Sequence record: MW349128.1
Reading direction: 5' to 3' (one strand)
Length of the DNA: 64,000 nt
In this document: positions 60,452 to 64,000 of the stretch, piece after piece
Numbering within the stretch: the stretch's first letter is position 1
How the letters are laid out: every line of letters begins with the position of its first letter
Program-made: the position numbers and the translations under genes
The notes under the pieces: model-generated
Databases searched by the model: none
Told to the model about the DNA's origin: nothing
What the model saw: the letters and a program-made list of their open reading frames with translations, nothing else

Positions 60452-60454
60452 AAT

Positions 60455-60467
60455 AAATATATATTAT
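60455..60467 (+). promoter_or_regulatory. Putative early promoter motif
   Basis: AAATATATATTAT followed by a hairpin at 60478-60505. Confidence 0.55.
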
Positions 60468-60531
60468 AAAAACGTTATCCCAATACTATTAAATTAGTAT
60501 TGGGATTATTATAATAAAAGGAGTTAAATAA

Positions 60532-61311
60532 ATGGAGAAAATTAACAAATACTATGCTAGTAAATCTGAAAAAGAATTTATGGAATTAACTTTCAATGAA
60601 AATGAAACAAACTATTTTGACTTTAAATGGAAAGTTTTAAGCAAATTATTCGCTGAAATGCAGTTAAAGTATAATGAAAGATTTTTCATAACTCATGAAG
60701 AATATGATGATAATGATGGCTTATTTGGTGTTAGATTATTTTTTGATGCTTTCCCTACAGTAAAATATAAATATAAGGGTAAAAAAAATAAAATGGAACT
60801 TCTCTTTTACGCTACAATACGTTTTAGTTTAAAAGAAGAAGACGATAACTATATTAAGATTAGAGCTTTCCCTGTATATAATAATAGTAAGATAGGTAAA
60901 AGATTATTTAGTAAAAGATCTGGTATATTTGATGATGATGGTGAACTATATTTACATCATAGCTTTAATGAAGAAATTATATCTCGATTTTTAAAATATT
61001 ATAAAAGTCATATACAAAAAGGAAAAAGAGCTGTAGAACTCAAAGATGATTTATATAAAATATTTAATGATACAAATAAATTAATCTTTGAATTACTGGA
61101 TCAGATACAAGACCATTCAGATATTGAATTTCTTATTGCACCGGATTGGGATTTTAGCGTTAAGGAAAAGGTAAAAGAAAAAGGTTTTAGTTTTGAAAAA
61201 GAATATGATAAGTATATCAGTTTAAATGATTTTGACGCTGATGCATATTTTAGAGAAATAACTGATGAGAAAGAGATTAAAAAATTTAAAGTCAAGAAAG
61301 GATTTTCCTAA
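60532..61311 (+). CDS. C-terminal-tag family protein 9
   Basis: Ends EITDEKEIKKFKVKKGFS*. Confidence 0.8.
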   Translation: MEKINKYYASKSEKEFMELTFNENETNYFDFKWKVLSKLFAEMQLKYNERFFITHEEYDDNDGLFGVRLFFDAFPTVKYKYKGKKNKMELLFYATIRFSLKEEDDNYIKIRAFPVYNNSKIGKRLFSKRSGIFDDDGELYLHHSFNEEIISRFLKYYKSHIQKGKRAVELKDDLYKIFNDTNKLIFELLDQIQDHSDIEFLIAPDWDFSVKEKVKEKGFSFEKEYDKYISLNDFDADAYFREITDEKEIKKFKVKKGFS

Positions 61312-61312
61312 T

Positions 61313-62122
61313 ATGAAAAATAATACAAAATATTTTATAGATAAAGAAAGAGACGAATTAATTGAAATTGATAGAAATTATCTTAACCGATATGAATATA
61401 TTGCATATGTATTAACCACTATGGATATTAATAATATTTTAAGTAGTAAAGGATACGCTAAATCTTTCATAGATAATATTTCTAAAGAAGAAGATTATAT
61501 GAATTTTCATTATAAAGAAATTGATAATGATATTTATTTTATAGACAAACATAATAAAAATGATGCTTTTAAAAGATTTAATACTAATTTTCATATTAAT
61601 TTCAATACTGGTAGAATGGATAAAATTGAAACTGGAGAATTTAAATTAGATTTTCATTTTGATAATTCATTATATAAAGAATATTTCAATACAATTACTA
61701 ATGGTTTAGTAAATGAAAATAATTTAGTTAATGAAGGAATAAATGAAAAAATGAGATCTCTTGTAAATATTGAATTATTTGAAAAGAGTTTATACGAGAT
61801 CAAATATAATAATGAATCATTTATGGATTTAAGTTTTTCAATATCGGCATTTGAGAAAAATCCTATTATTAAATTTATAGAAGATTTTAAGGATTTATTC
61901 TTTATAATATTATATCAGAATAATCTTAGTGTATTAATGTCTCTTTATGAGATTAAATATATGTATAAAGATGATATAGAATTTTATATTAGTTTCTCCA
62001 GTAAGGGTGGCGGTTTAATTAATTTATTACATCTAATAGAAAGTGATGAAAATGATTTATTCAAAGAATTAACAGATGAAAAAGATATTAAAAATTTTAA
62101 AGTCAAGAAAGGATTTTCATAA
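61313..62122 (+). CDS. C-terminal-tag family protein 10 (start ATG 61313)
   Basis: Ends ELTDEKDIKNFKVKKGFS*. Confidence 0.8.
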   Translation: MKNNTKYFIDKERDELIEIDRNYLNRYEYIAYVLTTMDINNILSSKGYAKSFIDNISKEEDYMNFHYKEIDNDIYFIDKHNKNDAFKRFNTNFHINFNTGRMDKIETGEFKLDFHFDNSLYKEYFNTITNGLVNENNLVNEGINEKMRSLVNIELFEKSLYEIKYNNESFMDLSFSISAFEKNPIIKFIEDFKDLFFIILYQNNLSVLMSLYEIKYMYKDDIEFYISFSSKGGGLINLLHLIESDENDLFKELTDEKDIKNFKVKKGFS

Positions 62123-62859
62123 TGGAATATAATAATTATTATAGATATAAATTAGATGGAAAAATACTTCACTTTAATATGGATAGAACTGACTTGCGTA
62201 GAGATATATTGGCTGAAATATTTACTAAAATGCAGATGGAATATATTTATAAAAATGAAGAAATGATCATCAGACCAAGAAACTTTAGACATCGATCTGT
62301 ACTTTCTTTAGTTTATTCTCTTTTTAATGATAAAGTAGTTAAAATCGAACAAATTTCTAAAATATTAATTAAAGATCATGCAAGAGATTTATTAAAATAT
62401 AATACGAATTTTAATTTAGAATTTAATTCTATTTTAGATAAAGGAATATTTAAAAAAGATTTTCCAAAGGAATCTTTTCATGACAAAACAGAAAGTAATA
62501 TGAATGGATACTCAATTTTAAGTGATAATATAAGACATACTAGTGAAAATTTTGTTAATCTAGAAGATAGAGATCGTATTTTAAATTTTGGAGAAATAGA
62601 ATTTCTAGTCAAAGAATTTAATAGAGCTCTTTTAAATTATCTTATGGATTTAGTGGAATATGGAGATTTAGAATTAAATGTTAAGAAATCAGAGTTAGCA
62701 TATTTTATGACCGGAATATATACAAAAATGGAAGAACAAGAAGACAAATTATTTTCTATATTCGATTATAAATTTTTACTTAATGAATCTGGGTTATTTG
62801 AAGAGGTTACAGATGAAAAAGTTATTAAAGAATATTTAGTGAAAAATAATTTTAAATAA
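62122..62859 (+). CDS. C-terminal-tag family protein 11
   Basis: Ends EVTDEKVIKEYLVKNNFK*. Confidence 0.8.
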   Translation: MEYNNYYRYKLDGKILHFNMDRTDLRRDILAEIFTKMQMEYIYKNEEMIIRPRNFRHRSVLSLVYSLFNDKVVKIEQISKILIKDHARDLLKYNTNFNLEFNSILDKGIFKKDFPKESFHDKTESNMNGYSILSDNIRHTSENFVNLEDRDRILNFGEIEFLVKEFNRALLNYLMDLVEYGDLELNVKKSELAYFMTGIYTKMEEQEDKLFSIFDYKFLLNESGLFEEVTDEKVIKEYLVKNNFK

Positions 62860-62873
62860 AGGAGGATTTTTCG

Positions 62874-63734
62874 TTGAATAAAAATAAAGATTATTATCTA
62901 TATAAATTAGAAGACAAAATGTACACAGTTGAAAATGAAATTGAAGATTTATCGGATATAGGTATAAAGAATTTTATAACTCCAGAAATTAATACTTTAA
63001 GTCATATATTCTCAAATTTACAATTCTCACATAAAGAAAATAGAAACCCTGATAAATCTCCTTTTATGCTTTTTAATATTTTTAAAGAGGAACCAAGACA
63101 TATTAAAGGAGCTATTATAGATATAATGCCATTTCTACCTTTTTTAGCTTATAATATAAACGATTCAAAAATATTAAATAATTTTAGTATAAATTTAAAT
63201 TCAGATGTCAAATTTCATGAAAAAGGTGAATATAAAGATAAAGACGATAATGATATTTATGTACTTAAAAATGGCATTGATCTTAGTTTAGAATTGAGTA
63301 TTTCAAATCTTGGAACTGAATTAGACAAAAAATTATTTAATGAATCATGTGGAAATGTCTTTGAGTTTAAAGGAGAAAATAATACATTAGTATTTAAAAT
63401 AAATAAATTTATACCTGAAGAAGATCCAATTCAACTATATAATGCTTTAAAGAAAAATAATCTAGGTCATCATAGGATGTATAAATTTCTTCTAAATATA
63501 AATAATGAAATACTAACATTATTGAATAAAATAACCAATCATCTTAATATAAATTTTTATTTAAATGAAAGATATTTTTTAGAATTTAGCAAAGATGATT
63601 TAAAAATAAAAGAAGAAGATATTAAAGATAAATATGTAGAATTATTTAGTTATATAGATGAAACAGATACATTTGAGAAAATTAATGATGAAAAGATTAT
63701 AGCTAAATATAAAGTAAGAGATAATTTTAAATAA
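62874..63734 (+). CDS. C-terminal-tag family protein 12
   Basis: Ends KINDEKIIAKYKVRDNFK*. Confidence 0.8.
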   Translation: MNKNKDYYLYKLEDKMYTVENEIEDLSDIGIKNFITPEINTLSHIFSNLQFSHKENRNPDKSPFMLFNIFKEEPRHIKGAIIDIMPFLPFLAYNINDSKILNNFSINLNSDVKFHEKGEYKDKDDNDIYVLKNGIDLSLELSISNLGTELDKKLFNESCGNVFEFKGENNTLVFKINKFIPEEDPIQLYNALKKNNLGHHRMYKFLLNINNEILTLLNKITNHLNINFYLNERYFLEFSKDDLKIKEEDIKDKYVELFSYIDETDTFEKINDEKIIAKYKVRDNFK

Positions 63735-63794
63735 AATTAAAATTCTATAATAACGGAAAATTATAGTAGTATAACTAGGAGATGAAATTAGATA

Positions 63795-64000
63795 ATGAAA
63801 ATTAAACGATTAAAGTTAGTTAACTTTATAGGTATATATGCTGGGACAGGTCTTAAAGAAATTGAGATAGACTTCAGTAAGAGTAAAAATAATATGATAA
63901 TGCTACTTGGAAATAACGGATCTAGTAAGACTGTGATACTTTCACAACTAAGTCCGTATAGAACTTCTAATGATAATCGTAAGACAATTACGATTGAAGG
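63795..64000 (+). CDS. SbcC/Rad50-like SMC ATPase, 5' partial
   Basis: AGGAG SD; MKIKRLKLVNFIGIY...EIEIDFS...MIMLLGNNGSSKTVILSQL. Confidence 0.8.
   Translation, partial: MKIKRLKLVNFIGIYAGTGLKEIEIDFSKSKNNMIMLLGNNGSSKTVILSQLSPYRTSNDNRKTITIE

Noticed and set aside
53913-63734. Gene-end repeats as integron attC-like or CRISPR-like DNA repeats
   Set aside because: They are coding, vary at synonymous positions and lack palindromic structure; no integrase in the window
1-64000. tRNA, rRNA, CRISPR array, retron or DGR
   Set aside because: No cloverleaf, rRNA-like GC-rich segment, spaced repeat array or reverse transcriptase recognised by eye; a tRNAscan/Infernal run would be needed to exclude them fully

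Overview
64 kb, very AT-rich segment of a jumbo myophage of a Gram-positive (Bacillota) host, most similar in organisation to AR9/PBS1-type and staphylococcal jumbo phages. This is inferred from gene content; no database search was run. Contents in order: a class Ib ribonucleotide reductase operon (nrdH-nrdI-nrdE-nrdF); tail sheath and tail tube; a minus-strand tail/baseplate block with two ~1,900-aa paralogous tape-measure-like proteins carrying cell-wall hydrolase domains; an HU-like protein and a Dda/RecD-like helicase; a MoxR AAA+/vWA pair; a split family-B DNA polymerase subunit; multisubunit RNA polymerase beta-prime fragments; an array of about 13 divergent probable early genes sharing a C-terminal peptide; and the start of an SbcC/Rad50-like ATPase. 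Eight group I introns are hidden by the ORF track. One is a conventional HNH-encoding intron in nrdE. Six are ORF-less introns of only 142-183 nt in nrdE, polB (splitting D|TDS) and rpoC (one splitting the catalytic DFDG|D). The eighth has the same mini-intron core but carries an intact TnpB gene plus a structured omega-RNA-like tail and no TnpA, i.e. a candidate RNA-guided homing intron. No rRNA, tRNA or CRISPR array was seen.
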